Source of the DNA: Alkalispirochaeta sp.
GTDB lineage: Bacteria > Spirochaetota > Spirochaetia > DSM-27196 > Alkalispirochaetaceae
Length of the DNA stretch: 64,000 nucleotides
Assembly (NCBI GenBank): GCA_965601925.1
Contig: OZ271854.1
Location: forward strand, 4,000,001-4,064,000
Direction: 5' to 3'
The notes beneath the pieces were generated by a model. It did not search any database. It saw only the letters and a program-made list of their open reading frames with translations, and was not told the origin of the DNA. Positions 19,377 to 29,510 of the stretch are shown piece after piece; within the stretch, counting starts at the first letter, position 1; every line of letters starts with the position of its first letter. The translations under genes were made by a program, and so were the position numbers.

Positions 19377-20666
19377 CTAAAACGACGCGGACAGCTGGAA
19401 CTGCACCGAGTACTCGACCGTCCGCTCGTCGCTGAATACGCCGGAGCTTCCCGTGGCGGGGACGAACACGCCCCCGGTGAGGGAAAGCCCCAAGTCGCTC
19501 AGCACGCGCCATCCTACGTTCAACGCCGCCTCGTTTCCCACGAGGTGGCCGTCGCTCAACGCGTCGACACCGGTTGTGTCAAGCACCTCGTCGGTACTCA
19601 CTCGAAAGAACGTGCGCGACGAGACTCCCACTTGGAGATCCCGGAACACGCGCGTTCGGGCGGTCTGAAAGGGCACGACGCTATATGAAACTTCTCCAAA
19701 GGCGATGTTCCGCAACGGCACGTCCAGGATAATCCCCACGTCGTCGCGCGAAATCGTCACGAACTGATCCAGCGTATCACCGGCGCCGGACGCCATCACT
19801 CCCCGTAAACCGAACTGCGAGGAGCGCCAGTCACTTCGAAAATATCGCAGTCGGGTGGAAATTAACACTCCAAAGCCGTTTTCCGTCTCGTCGTTCACCT
19901 CGGACGCCCACGGAGAGCCGCTGGAGGCGACCTCATAGAACAATCCCGGGAGAATCGGGCCGTCGAAAACGAGGCCGAAATAGCCCGAATTGAGCGTCTC
20001 TTCGTCCGTGTCCGCGTCGCGAAGGTCCCACTGCCCGATCGCCGATACCGTGACGGTCTGGCGCGCGAAGACCTCGGGGAACGAGACCTCGGTTATACCG
20101 ATGAGTCTACGGGCGCCGAAAAACTCATCGTCGTCGCCCGAATCGGTCAGGTCGGCGTCGGTCATGATGATGCCCGAGACGGGATTGAGCAGGAGACCGG
20201 TGTACGCCGCCGATAGCCGCGCCCGCACCCCGGAAAGCGCCAGTTCCGTCTCCACGCCGTCGACGGTATCGCTTAGAATGAAGGCGGTGGCGTCGCTCAT
20301 AAAAAATCGGCCGGCCGACGCGCGCAAGACCGAGCTCTCGCCGAATAGCGCGGGATACTGGCCGGTGAATCGAAGGAAGTCGACATCAAAGAGGTACGCG
20401 CGGTCGTCCGACCACGTGTAGCTCACCTGGCCGGTCGCCTCGATCTCCGAGTCGGTGCCGACGGGCATGAAGCTCTGCGTCCACAGTGCCGCGGTGACCG
20501 AAATCTCCCCTTCCGGATCGTCCAGATAGTCGGCGATGTTCACCGAACCCGACGAGTCGATCGATCCGCCCCACGTCGCCTCCTGCGCCGCAAGCGTTCC
20601 GCCCGTCGACACCAGCAATACCGATGCTATAATCGCCAGTACATTTCTTCGGATGTCGATCGCCAT
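19377..20666 (-). CDS. Putative outer-membrane beta-barrel protein
   Basis: Signal peptide (TLAA-QE), alternating amphipathic strands, and a C-terminal beta-signal-like end YSVQFQLSASF. Confidence 0.65.
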   Translation of the reverse strand: MAIDIRRNVLAIIASVLLVSTGGTLAAQEATWGGSIDSSGSVNIADYLDDPEGEISVTAALWTQSFMPVGTDSEIEATGQVSYTWSDDRAYLFDVDFLRFTGQYPALFGESSVLRASAGRFFMSDATAFILSDTVDGVETELALSGVRARLSAAYTGLLLNPVSGIIMTDADLTDSGDDDEFFGARRLIGITEVSFPEVFARQTVTVSAIGQWDLRDADTDEETLNSGYFGLVFDGPILPGLFYEVASSGSPWASEVNDETENGFGVLISTRLRYFRSDWRSSQFGLRGVMASGAGDTLDQFVTISRDDVGIILDVPLRNIAFGEVSYSVVPFQTARTRVFRDLQVGVSSRTFFRVSTDEVLDTTGVDALSDGHLVGNEAALNVGWRVLSDLGLSLTGGVFVPATGSSGVFSDERTVEYSVQFQLSASF

Positions 20667-21190
20667 CAGAGGGCTCCCTCTTCCTGGAGGGCCAAAATCC
20701 GCCCCAGGATGCGCATTCCTCGTTCGCCGGAGATGGTCATGCGCGGGAATGAACGTCCCTGGATCGCGCGACGAAACGTGAGCTCGCGCGCGGCATACCG
20801 CGGCGACGGGGCGAGACTGTACATAAATCCGCCCGATATCTCGAAGGTTTGCATAATGAGGAGGGCGTATTCGCCGAGGGTCAACGCGGCGATCGGGGGA
20901 TAGTTCAGGACATCGCCGACTTGACTGAACCGCGCCGTAGCGCCCTGGAAGACGACCGTACCGCCCTCGATCGCCAATCCGCTGTCGATTTGCCGAAATT
21001 GGGCTACCGCCGCAGCGCGATCGACCGTCTCGTCGAGCTCGCCGATCGCCAACAATAGGAGATACGCCGCGCTCCCGTAGGTCATCTCCTCTTCCGCCAG
21101 GATCGCGTCGATAATGTCGTTCGATTGGGCCGACACCATCGCCGTCGCAAGCAAGAGGCCGAGCGCCGCGGCTATGAATGGTTTTTGCAT
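20666..21190 (-). CDS. Exported hypothetical protein (helical, weakly SLH-like)
   Basis: Signal peptide (VSA-QS); MTYGSAAYLLL, LTLGEYALLIM and GGFMYSLAPSPRYAAREL. TGATG overlap with the beta-barrel gene. Confidence 0.7.
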   Translation of the reverse strand: MQKPFIAAALGLLLATAMVSAQSNDIIDAILAEEEMTYGSAAYLLLLAIGELDETVDRAAAVAQFRQIDSGLAIEGGTVVFQGATARFSQVGDVLNYPPIAALTLGEYALLIMQTFEISGGFMYSLAPSPRYAARELTFRRAIQGRSFPRMTISGERGMRILGRILALQEEGAL

Positions 21191-21337
21191 ACTTCCCCCG
21201 GTCCGAGTAAAAGGTATATCAACTTTTTCAACACGACTACTAAATAGCGTCGAGTTATTCTACAATATATAATGGCTCTGAGGTTTATGGCTCATCGAAC
21301 GTGCACATAGTTGTATTGTATTCTATGCGATTTGTCG

Positions 21338-22225
21338 CTATCCGGTTTGCAGCACAAAGCGAATACCGTAGCCGAAGAGCGTGGCCGGCGACCGTTCGTC
21401 GGGAATCTGTTCGGTGTCCTCGGATGCGTAGAAATCGAGATACGCCTCGATGGCCGCCGTCCCGCGCCCGATGCGGAGTCCCGCCTGCGTCGCCATATCC
21501 ACGGCAAAGCCGCCGTCGCGGAGCAATATGATATCGGGCATTGCAACACCGAAGGCGACGATTCCGTCCACCGGGGTGGTGTATTGCGCCTCCACGGCGA
21601 TGTTCAGGGTGATAAGGCTCCGGGGATCCGGTATCGACGAACCCCAGAAATCGTAGAGTTCCGACCATCCGAGGCGTACCATTCCGTCTATCGCCAACCG
21701 CCCCAGCGCCGCCGGCGTCCAGTCATTCAATGCAAAGCCGCCGCGTATGATATCGGCGGCCGGCTCCTCCAGTCCGTCGCGCAGCGGGTGATAACTCCTG
21801 CGGGAGTATTCGCCCAACACTACCAGGTGCGACGTTCCGACGCGAATGTTGGTGTGCCCGGCAAAGACGAATCCGTATTCGAAGTGAACCGCGTTCATGA
21901 TCCACTGCGCCGCATCGGCCCCCGGGCGCGTACCCTCGACGACCGGGCCGTTGAGCATGTAGGTGCTGTAGAAGATGCCGGTACGGAATCGCCCCACATC
22001 GAATATGCCGTGGTGCGCATACCCCTCGACCTGGAAACGGTCGATATCGGTGTCGAGGAAGACGTTGGCGCGGTAGGCGCTGTGGGCGTACCCGCCCTCG
22101 GCTATTGCGAGTCCGTCCGGCGGAGGGGATAACACGACGGCATCGGGACGTTCCATAAAGTCGTATGCCGACACTATACAGAGCGGCATCACGGAGACGA
22201 CAACGGCGGCGATAGTACGTTTCAC
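21338..22225 (-). CDS. Exported hypothetical protein, possible outer-membrane beta-barrel
   Basis: GTG start at 22225 gives a signal peptide (KRTIAAVVVSVMPLCIVSA). Aromatic/Gly-rich amphipathic strands, ending LFGYGIRFVLQTG. Confidence 0.6.
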   Translation of the reverse strand: MKRTIAAVVVSVMPLCIVSAYDFMERPDAVVLSPPPDGLAIAEGGYAHSAYRANVFLDTDIDRFQVEGYAHHGIFDVGRFRTGIFYSTYMLNGPVVEGTRPGADAAQWIMNAVHFEYGFVFAGHTNIRVGTSHLVVLGEYSRRSYHPLRDGLEEPAADIIRGGFALNDWTPAALGRLAIDGMVRLGWSELYDFWGSSIPDPRSLITLNIAVEAQYTTPVDGIVAFGVAMPDIILLRDGGFAVDMATQAGLRIGRGTAAIEAYLDFYASEDTEQIPDERSPATLFGYGIRFVLQTG

Positions 22226-22286
22226 ATCGACTAATATGGCGAACTGCGTTTGACTTTTCCACCGAACCCTTGCGAGTTTGATATTG

Positions 22287-24170
22287 ATGGCCGATCCACA
22301 CTCCGACTCTACCCTACCGAGGCGGAATAACCTCGCCGATGCGTCCTCTCCGTACCTCAGACAACACCGGCGCAATCCTGTGTGGTGGCAGGAGTGGTCG
22401 GCCGATCTCATAGGGCGTAGCCGCGCGGCCGACAAGCCGCTTTTTGTGTCCGTGGGATATGCGACGTGTCATTGGTGCCATGTAATGGCGGCCGAGGCGT
22501 TCTCCGATCGCGGTGTGGCCGACGCCCTCAACCGCGATTTCGTCTCCATAAAGATCGACCGCGAGGAGCGTCCGGACATCGATCACTTCATGATGCAGTT
22601 TCTCCTCGCTACGAGGGGCCACGGGGGATGGCCCCTCAACGTCTTTCTCACCCCCGATCTCAAGCCGATGGTGGCTCTCACCTACGTACCGGTGACGCCC
22701 CGCGGCGGGATGCCCGGCTTTGAGGAGATTCTCGACAAAGTGGCGGCGTTCTACCGCGAGCGAGGCGGGGAGCTTCCCTCGTTCGATCTATGGCAAGGAA
22801 GAAACAGCGAAGCCGCGGACGAAGCGCCCGCGCCGGCGCACCCGACGCCGCAAGATTTCGTCCATGTGCTGGATAACCTCGTGCGTCGGGGCGACCACGA
22901 ATGGGGCGGCTTCGGGCCGGATGCCAAATTTCCGCCCCACTCGACGCTTCTGTACATGCTTTTCGGCGTCGAGACGTATCGTCACGACGCATCGGCGCGC
23001 CTCGTCCGTCGCACGCTCGACATGATGGCCGGCCGGGGGCTGCACGACCATCTGCAGGGCGGCTTTTTTCGATACTGCGTCGACCGCGAGTGGACGATCC
23101 CGCACTTCGAGAAAATGCTCTACGACCAGGCGATGCTGCTCTGGGTCTACGCCCGCGCCGCCAAGATTTTTCGGAGCGATCGGTACCGCCGGATCGCACT
23201 GGATATCGTACGGTGCCTGGAGGAGAGCTTTACCCTGCCCGACGGTACCTTTGCATCGGCCCACGACGCCGATACCGACCACCACGAAGGCGCGACGTAC
23301 GTGTGGGACATCGACGAGTTACGGGAGGTAGGAACCGACGCGGTGGAGCGTCTCTTTCACCTACCACCGGGAGGGAACTTCGAGGGTCGCTACCACTTAA
23401 TCCTGCGTGACGGTGCGGCGATAGACGACGAGACGCGAAAGACACTCGACACACTTCTGGCACGACGCCGCCGGCGCCGGCAACCGTTTCGAGACGACAA
23501 AGCGATCACCAGTTGGAACGCCCTTGCGGCGACGGCGCTTATCTTCGCGTCCCGCGATATCGGCGAGTCGTCGTTGGCGGAGCGCGGCCGCGCTCTGTAC
23601 GTCGCGCTATCGCGACGGAATAGACTCGCCGACGGACGTTGGATTCGTAGTTCATTGGAAGGACGAATCAACGAGACCGAGTTTCTCGAGGACTACGCCG
23701 CGATTCTTTTGGTGCAGACCCAACTGGTCGAAGAGGCTCGGGACGCCGAGGAACGCTCTGCGCATATTCGGGAGATCGAACGCACCGAGACGCATATCGA
23801 GCGCTTCCGGCGCGGTAACGATTGGGCGGCGTCCCTGAACGAGGACGCACCGTCGGTGCCGGCCGACGACTTTGATAGCCCGACTCCTTCTCCCCGTTCA
23901 TTGGTGGAGATGGCATTGCAGCGGAGTGCCGTCTTGCGCACCCAATTTCGCGCCACCCCACCCCTTCGCCACGAGCAGCACGGCGATTTCGGCAATCTCG
24001 CGACCGCGCTCGCCGCCGGTGAGGTGTATCTACTGGAACGGCCGGTACGGCCGGACTGGAATAGTGTTCCGACAAATGCTATCTTTTCGCCATCCACCGT
24101 AACGAGTTGGTGCTTTCGCGGCGTATGTACACCGGGAGAGGCGCCTTCGATATGGAATCCCGCACCGTAA
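22287..24170 (+). CDS. Thioredoxin-domain protein, YyaL/SPATA20 (DUF255) family
   Basis: NNLADASSPYLRQH..NPV.W, GYATCHWCHVMA.E.F, DREERPDID, GGWPLNVFLTPD and PHFEKMLYDQA. Confidence 0.93.
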   Translation: MADPHSDSTLPRRNNLADASSPYLRQHRRNPVWWQEWSADLIGRSRAADKPLFVSVGYATCHWCHVMAAEAFSDRGVADALNRDFVSIKIDREERPDIDHFMMQFLLATRGHGGWPLNVFLTPDLKPMVALTYVPVTPRGGMPGFEEILDKVAAFYRERGGELPSFDLWQGRNSEAADEAPAPAHPTPQDFVHVLDNLVRRGDHEWGGFGPDAKFPPHSTLLYMLFGVETYRHDASARLVRRTLDMMAGRGLHDHLQGGFFRYCVDREWTIPHFEKMLYDQAMLLWVYARAAKIFRSDRYRRIALDIVRCLEESFTLPDGTFASAHDADTDHHEGATYVWDIDELREVGTDAVERLFHLPPGGNFEGRYHLILRDGAAIDDETRKTLDTLLARRRRRRQPFRDDKAITSWNALAATALIFASRDIGESSLAERGRALYVALSRRNRLADGRWIRSSLEGRINETEFLEDYAAILLVQTQLVEEARDAEERSAHIREIERTETHIERFRRGNDWAASLNEDAPSVPADDFDSPTPSPRSLVEMALQRSAVLRTQFRATPPLRHEQHGDFGNLATALAAGEVYLLERPVRPDWNSVPTNAIFSPSTVTSWCFRGVCTPGEAPSIWNPAP

Positions 24171-24223
24171 ACGGCAGTTTTCTTGTGGTTCGCCGTGGTG
24201 CGAGATATTGTTAGCATCATATT

Positions 24224-25060
24224 ATGCGGACAGTCGACCGACATTTTGAATTAAAAAACGATGGGCAGTTATGGCTCTATTTCCTCGGCTGCGGAAGCGC
24301 GTTTTCCAAGCGTAACTTTCAGACGAATTTTCTCATTGTAAAGGGTGATTCACACCTCTTGGTGGACTGCGGCGCTACGTGTAGTCGCGCCCTCGCCGTC
24401 GGGGGCCTTTCGATTCTCGATATCGAGCACGTCGCCATTACACACTCCCACGCGGACCATATCGGCGGACTCGAAGAGATGATCCTCATGAATCGGTACG
24501 TCGCCCGCAAGAAACCGTCGATCTACATTACGCCGGCGTACCAGCGTATTCTATGGAATCAAAGTCTGCGCGGCGGTGCCGAGATGAACGAGCGTCACGA
24601 CGGCAAAGGGCTCACATTCGAGGACTACTGGAACATACGGCGTCCGCGCCGTATATCGGGCGCGGTGAGGGAGGCGCATCGCTTCTCGGTGGGGGACATC
24701 AACGTGCGGACGTTTCGTACACGCCACTACCCGGAGCAGGCGCAATCGTGGAGGGACGCGATGTACAGCACCGGGATGGTAATCGACGAGCGAATCGTCC
24801 TGTCGGGCGACACACAGTTTGACGCCGACCTCATCGATGACGTTGAACCGGCGGGCGGCGCGGAACACATTTTTCACGATGTGCAGTTCTTTCCCGGAGG
24901 GATACACGCCTCGTTGGATCAACTGGCGGGTTTACCCGTCGCGGCGCGACGCAAGACGTCATTGGTCCACTACGGCGATAACTTCGAGAACTTCACCGAT
25001 CGCGTAGCCGAACTCGAGTTTGCCGGTTTTACGCGGCAGGGAGTCATTTACGAGTTCTGA
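24224..25060 (+). CDS. MBL-fold metallo-hydrolase (RNase Z / phosphodiesterase-like)
   Basis: FLGCGSAF, LLVDCG, THSHADHIGG, SGDT and IFHD motifs. Confidence 0.88.
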   Translation: MRTVDRHFELKNDGQLWLYFLGCGSAFSKRNFQTNFLIVKGDSHLLVDCGATCSRALAVGGLSILDIEHVAITHSHADHIGGLEEMILMNRYVARKKPSIYITPAYQRILWNQSLRGGAEMNERHDGKGLTFEDYWNIRRPRRISGAVREAHRFSVGDINVRTFRTRHYPEQAQSWRDAMYSTGMVIDERIVLSGDTQFDADLIDDVEPAGGAEHIFHDVQFFPGGIHASLDQLAGLPVAARRKTSLVHYGDNFENFTDRVAELEFAGFTRQGVIYEF

Positions 25061-25084
25061 GCGTCCCGACCGCGACCCGCGGCG

Positions 25085-26128
25085 TTACACCGATGCGACG
25101 GTAACCGGCTCCAGGACGTCCACCGCCCGGTCTATAACGGTCATACGCACCGGAAAGTCGTCTTTCTCAAGCCACCGCGACTCTCCGTCGCATTGCAACG
25201 GCACTCGACGGTCGTAGTGGAGCGTCAAGGTGCGGCAGCGATGCATCGATACGAACGGTTCGTGAACGTGCTCGCCGGCGAAAAAACGCTTTTTCATGCG
25301 CACCTTATCGACGAGCGACGTCTCTCCTACCGCGCATAGGTTTTCCTCTCCCGGCAACACCTTCATGTGATCGCCGTAGGTGCGATCTCCCGTTACACCG
25401 AGGGCCAGTAAGGTCCACACACGAGGCCCTATCGTCTCCACCGTTCCGTCCGCCGTCGTTACCTGTGCATCCATCGGCCGAATATCGAGCGCTCTGTCGT
25501 AACGCAATACGGCGAGATTGACCACCACTCGGTAGGTGTTGCCGGGAAGAAGCCGCTTCCATCGCTGGTGGAGCATCGTGACGTACGCGTCGATGCCGAC
25601 AGACGCGATATTGAAGGCGTATACCGTATCGCGAGCGGTCTCGATGCGAATCGCAGGTATCCGGCGAGGCGCAGATACCCGCGACGACGGCCCCACTACC
25701 TCTTCGAGGCGAACTGCGCCGGCGGCGTCGTTGCCGCTTCCCATCGGTAGTCGCAAAAACCATCCGGGATACGGGGCATCGATACCGGCATGAAGCGCGT
25801 GGTTGTGCGTACCGTCGCCCCCCATGCTTATGAAGATCGGCGTCGCGGAGGGCGGCTCGGCCAAACGTTCCGCAATTCGGCGATACGCGTCGTGTCCGCT
25901 CTCCGTCCACCACAGTTCGAATCGTCCCGTCGGGCGCGCGGGAGACGGTGCATCTCGTTCATGTCGACGTGCCGCCTCGACGAGGTGGTTGATAGAGCGT
26001 CGGCGGTTTCTCGTACCGGCACCACGATTGGCAATGCAGTAGATCGGTCTCTCGCCGTGAGTCGCCCACAATGAGCGTGCGACGGCCCGAGCGATGTACT
26101 CCATCGCCTCGCGATGTCGATCAGACAA
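25085..26128 (-). CDS. Diacylglycerol/lipid kinase family protein
   Basis: GGDGT, LPMGSGND, FNIASVGIDA and QCDGE motifs. Confidence 0.85.
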   Translation of the reverse strand: MSDRHREAMEYIARAVARSLWATHGERPIYCIANRGAGTRNRRRSINHLVEAARRHERDAPSPARPTGRFELWWTESGHDAYRRIAERLAEPPSATPIFISMGGDGTHNHALHAGIDAPYPGWFLRLPMGSGNDAAGAVRLEEVVGPSSRVSAPRRIPAIRIETARDTVYAFNIASVGIDAYVTMLHQRWKRLLPGNTYRVVVNLAVLRYDRALDIRPMDAQVTTADGTVETIGPRVWTLLALGVTGDRTYGDHMKVLPGEENLCAVGETSLVDKVRMKKRFFAGEHVHEPFVSMHRCRTLTLHYDRRVPLQCDGESRWLEKDDFPVRMTVIDRAVDVLEPVTVASV

Positions 26129-26145
26129 TCGGGGATTCCACCGGA

Positions 26146-26796
26146 TTAGGCCGCATCGGTAAGCAGCGCAGGGATCGCGAAGAGGTCCTCCCTCGATTCG
26201 ACGAGGATACCGCTCCCCCCGCGGTTGATGATCGGTTCCAGATCGACCTCATATCGATCGCCCACCATGATGACTTCGGCGACCGTACACTCGACGGCCC
26301 GTAACGCCGCCTCGAACGGCCCCCAATCGGGCTTACTTGCCATCGCCGTATCGAGGCCGATGACCGACGGAAACCAACGGTCGATCGCCAAGGCCTGAAG
26401 GCCGCGACGACCCGTGAGCGCGGGATTGTTCGTCAGTGCGGCCAACCGATACGACCCGGCGAACGTTCCCAGGAGTGCCGAGAGCTCCTCATCGGGGGCG
26501 AGGAACCGCTTGGGGTCGATTAACTCCTCGCGCCACGCGACGCTCTCTTGAATGGGAATACCCAGCCGAGCGAAGGTGTTGCCGAGGGAGAGGTGCTCGC
26601 CGGTCTCGCGCATGACCGCGTCCCGCGTGCGCTTGACCAGTGCATCGGCGTCGGCGAAGCTTATGGAGCGTACCTCGCCGAGGCGGCGTATCAGTACATC
26701 CGCCTGGTGTTGTACGTAGTCGTCGTCGCGATACAGCGTATTGTCGATATCAAACAGAATCGCCCGATGCGGACCGGGTTTCAAAAAGTGCTTCAT
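26146..26796 (-). CDS. HAD-family hydrolase
   Basis: LFDIDNTLY (motif I), LTN, KP and MVGDRYEVDL. Confidence 0.9.
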   Translation of the reverse strand: MKHFLKPGPHRAILFDIDNTLYRDDDYVQHQADVLIRRLGEVRSISFADADALVKRTRDAVMRETGEHLSLGNTFARLGIPIQESVAWREELIDPKRFLAPDEELSALLGTFAGSYRLAALTNNPALTGRRGLQALAIDRWFPSVIGLDTAMASKPDWGPFEAALRAVECTVAEVIMVGDRYEVDLEPIINRGGSGILVESREDLFAIPALLTDAA

Positions 26797-27319
26797 AGAT
26801 CATCTCGGTGTAGGTGCGCGTCTCAATTGCTGCGGGCGATACGTCCATTCGATCGAGGAGCGCGACAAGACGGCTCCGCGCCGCCGAGATATCGGAGTCC
26901 GTCGCGTCGTCGGTGAGCACCACCTCGAGCTCGACGAAGTATCCCAGTTCGTTCACGCGACTCAACTCGACCGTTACGCCGTCGACGAGCCACGACTCAC
27001 CCTCTTTTTGCTTGGTGACCAGGCACCTCAAGCCGAGGGAGTACAAAAACAGCCGAAACGCTTCGCCGTCGGAAACGGAAAACTCCGTCTCGCGGTTCTC
27101 CTCGATACCGTCGAGGATTTTTTTTTGCTTAAAGGTGCACAGCCACCGCTCATCGTCGCGACGAAGGCGGTAGCGCGCTTCTTCGGGATCGTCTCCGAAT
27201 CCGAAGTACCAATCCTCTTTATGGTAGCGTCGAATGAACGAGCCGAGCTCGGCGAGGCGCTCACGAAGCGCCTCCGTGTCAGCTATTCGTGCCTTGAGCT
27301 CAACTTCGACGCCCATCAC
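26750..27319 (-). CDS. cyaB: CYTH-domain protein (class IV adenylate cyclase family)
   Basis: EVELKAR, DWYF, RLRR, TFK, ENRETEF and LGYFVELE motifs. Confidence 0.85.
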   Translation of the reverse strand: MMGVEVELKARIADTEALRERLAELGSFIRRYHKEDWYFGFGDDPEEARYRLRRDDERWLCTFKQKKILDGIEENRETEFSVSDGEAFRLFLYSLGLRCLVTKQKEGESWLVDGVTVELSRVNELGYFVELEVVLTDDATDSDISAARSRLVALLDRMDVSPAAIETRTYTEMIYEALFETRSASGDSV

Positions 27320-27328
27320 ACCGCTCCG

Positions 27329-28075
27329 CTACTTCGCCTTTCCCTGATTAGCGACCGCGGCGGCCTTTGCGGCGATCGCCTCTTGGTTGCCCAAATAGTA
27401 GTGCTTGATCGGCTTCAACGCGTCGTCAAGCTCGTATACGAGGGGGATTCCCGTGGGAATGTTCAGACCGACGATCTCCTCGTCGCTGACGTTATCGAGA
27501 TATTTGACCAAGGCGCGGAGACTGTTGCCGTGAGCGGCAATAATAACGCGTTTACCCGAGGTAATCGTGGGGGCGATCGTCTCGTGCCAGAGGGGAAGAA
27601 AGCGTTCTACGGTATCCTTGAGACACTCGGTGCGGGGCAACTGTGCATCGGAGAGGGTCGCGTAGCGCGGATCGTGCCCTGGAAAGCGCTTGTCTGAGGT
27701 CTCCAGCGCCGGGGGCGGGACGTCATAGCTGCGTCGCCAGACCTTTACCTGATCATCGCCGTGTTCGGCCGCGGTTTCCGCCTTGTTGAGACCCTGAAGA
27801 GCGCCGTAGTGGCGTTCGTTGAGGCGCCAGTCTTTGACCACCGGCAGCCAGACTTGATCGAGAGTGTTTAAGGCGAGATGGAGCGTGTTGATCGCCCGCT
27901 TGAGAACCGACGTATAGGCGATATCAAAGACGAATCCCTCTTGTTTGAGTACGTCGCCGGCCGCCGCCGCCTCGCCTACGCCGGTCTCCGACAGATCGAC
28001 ATCGGTCCAACCGGTAAAGCGATTCTCTTTGTTCCATTCGCTTTCACCGTGGCGAAGCAGAACGAGTTTGTGCAT
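27329..28075 (-). CDS. gpmA: 2,3-bisphosphoglycerate-dependent phosphoglycerate mutase
   Basis: [39 protein letters not shown] and AHGNSLRAL. Confidence 0.98.
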   Translation of the reverse strand: MHKLVLLRHGESEWNKENRFTGWTDVDLSETGVGEAAAAGDVLKQEGFVFDIAYTSVLKRAINTLHLALNTLDQVWLPVVKDWRLNERHYGALQGLNKAETAAEHGDDQVKVWRRSYDVPPPALETSDKRFPGHDPRYATLSDAQLPRTECLKDTVERFLPLWHETIAPTITSGKRVIIAAHGNSLRALVKYLDNVSDEEIVGLNIPTGIPLVYELDDALKPIKHYYLGNQEAIAAKAAAVANQGKAK

Positions 28076-28147
28076 GATTACACTCCTTTGGCGATATGTG
28101 TTGCGAGCTTACAGAATGGCCTGGGGGGTGTCAACGTACGCCTACTC

Positions 28148-29383
28148 CTACGAAAGCATCGCGTGAACGCGCATCAGAGCCTCGACGAGTCGGTCGATCT
28201 CCTCGCGCGTATTGTAGAGATAGAACGATGCACGCACCGTTCCGCCGATACCGAAGTGATCCATAAGCGGCTGTGCACAGTGGAACCCGGTTCGCACGGC
28301 GATCCCCTGTTGATCGAGTAACGCGCCGACATCATTCGGATGGACGTCGCGCATGGAAAATGAATAAATACCGCCTCGCTCTTCCTCCGGCGCGTCGCCG
28401 TATTCGGTGATGTAGTCCAGGGAGCCCAGACGCTCCCGCGCATACCGATACAAATCGCGTTCGTGGGTCGCAATCGCCTCCATACCGACGTCGCTCAGAA
28501 AGCGTGCCGCCGCGCCGATACCGATGGCCCCGGCGATGTTGGGCGTGCCCGCTTCAAACTTCTCGGGCACGTGGGCCCACGTCGAATCGTCGAGACGCAC
28601 GCGTTGAATCATATCCCCGCCGTACATGAACGGGTCCATCTCCTCCAACAGGTGTCGCTTGGCGTACAGCACGCCGATTCCCGTCGGTCCGCACATCTTG
28701 TGGCCCGAGAACGCGAGAAAGTCGCAATCCAGTGCATTGACGTCCACCGGATGGTGCGACACGTACTGGGCTCCGTCCAGAAGAACCAGTGCGCCGTGCC
28801 GATGTGCTTCGGTAGTAATGAGATCGAGCGGCGGCATGTACCCCGTAACATTGGACATCGCGGTAACGGCGACCAGGCGGGTACGTTCGGTGATCGACGC
28901 ATGCACCGCCTCTGCGGTTATCGAACCGCCGCCGGTGAGGGGAATGTACCGTAACGTCGCACCGGTGCGCTTTGCGATCTGCTGCCACGGCACAAGGTTG
29001 GAATGGTGCTCCATCGCCGTCAGGAGGATCTCGTCTCCCGGCCCGAGGCGGTTGAGCCCCCACGCGTAGGCGACGAGATTGATCGACTCGGTCGTACCGC
29101 GCGTGAAGATCACCTCCCCCGCATCAGAGGTCGCGCCGACCATACGTCGGATCGCCTCCCGCGCCGTATCGTACTCGGTCGTCGCGCGAGCGCTCATCTC
29201 GTACACGCCGCGATGGATATTGGCGCTATACTCGAAGTAGTAGGCGGTAAGCGCGTCAACTACCTCTTTCGGTTTGAGAGAGGTCGCTCCGTTATCAAAA
29301 TAGACCAGATCGCGACCCCGCATCTTTTCGGAGAGAGCGGGAAAGTGTGATCGTAGGCCGATCAAGTCGAGTGTCTCAATCAT
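28148..29383 (-). CDS. sufS: SufS-family cysteine desulfurase
   Basis: YFDNGATSLKP, ANIHRG, EHHSNLVPW, FSGHKMCGPTGIG and VRTGFHCAQP. Start 29383 or 29395. Confidence 0.93.
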   Translation of the reverse strand: MIETLDLIGLRSHFPALSEKMRGRDLVYFDNGATSLKPKEVVDALTAYYFEYSANIHRGVYEMSARATTEYDTAREAIRRMVGATSDAGEVIFTRGTTESINLVAYAWGLNRLGPGDEILLTAMEHHSNLVPWQQIAKRTGATLRYIPLTGGGSITAEAVHASITERTRLVAVTAMSNVTGYMPPLDLITTEAHRHGALVLLDGAQYVSHHPVDVNALDCDFLAFSGHKMCGPTGIGVLYAKRHLLEEMDPFMYGGDMIQRVRLDDSTWAHVPEKFEAGTPNIAGAIGIGAAARFLSDVGMEAIATHERDLYRYARERLGSLDYITEYGDAPEEERGGIYSFSMRDVHPNDVGALLDQQGIAVRTGFHCAQPLMDHFGIGGTVRASFYLYNTREEIDRLVEALMRVHAMLS

Positions 29384-29411
29384 GTGGTAAATCATACCAA
29401 ATAGGTCTACT

Positions 29412-29451
29412 AAAAGAAAGGAGCGGCGCCGAGATCTCGACGCCGCTCCCT
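29412..29451 (-). terminator. Rho-independent terminator downstream of sodA
   Basis: Minus strand GGAGCGGCG-loop-CGCCGCTCC followed by TTTCTTTT. Confidence 0.8.
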
Positions 29452-29510
29452 GACTTCACTCATACGTGTAGTACGTCCGCGCCGGGCGCGGTGTGACGAT
29501 ACGAGTTGGG

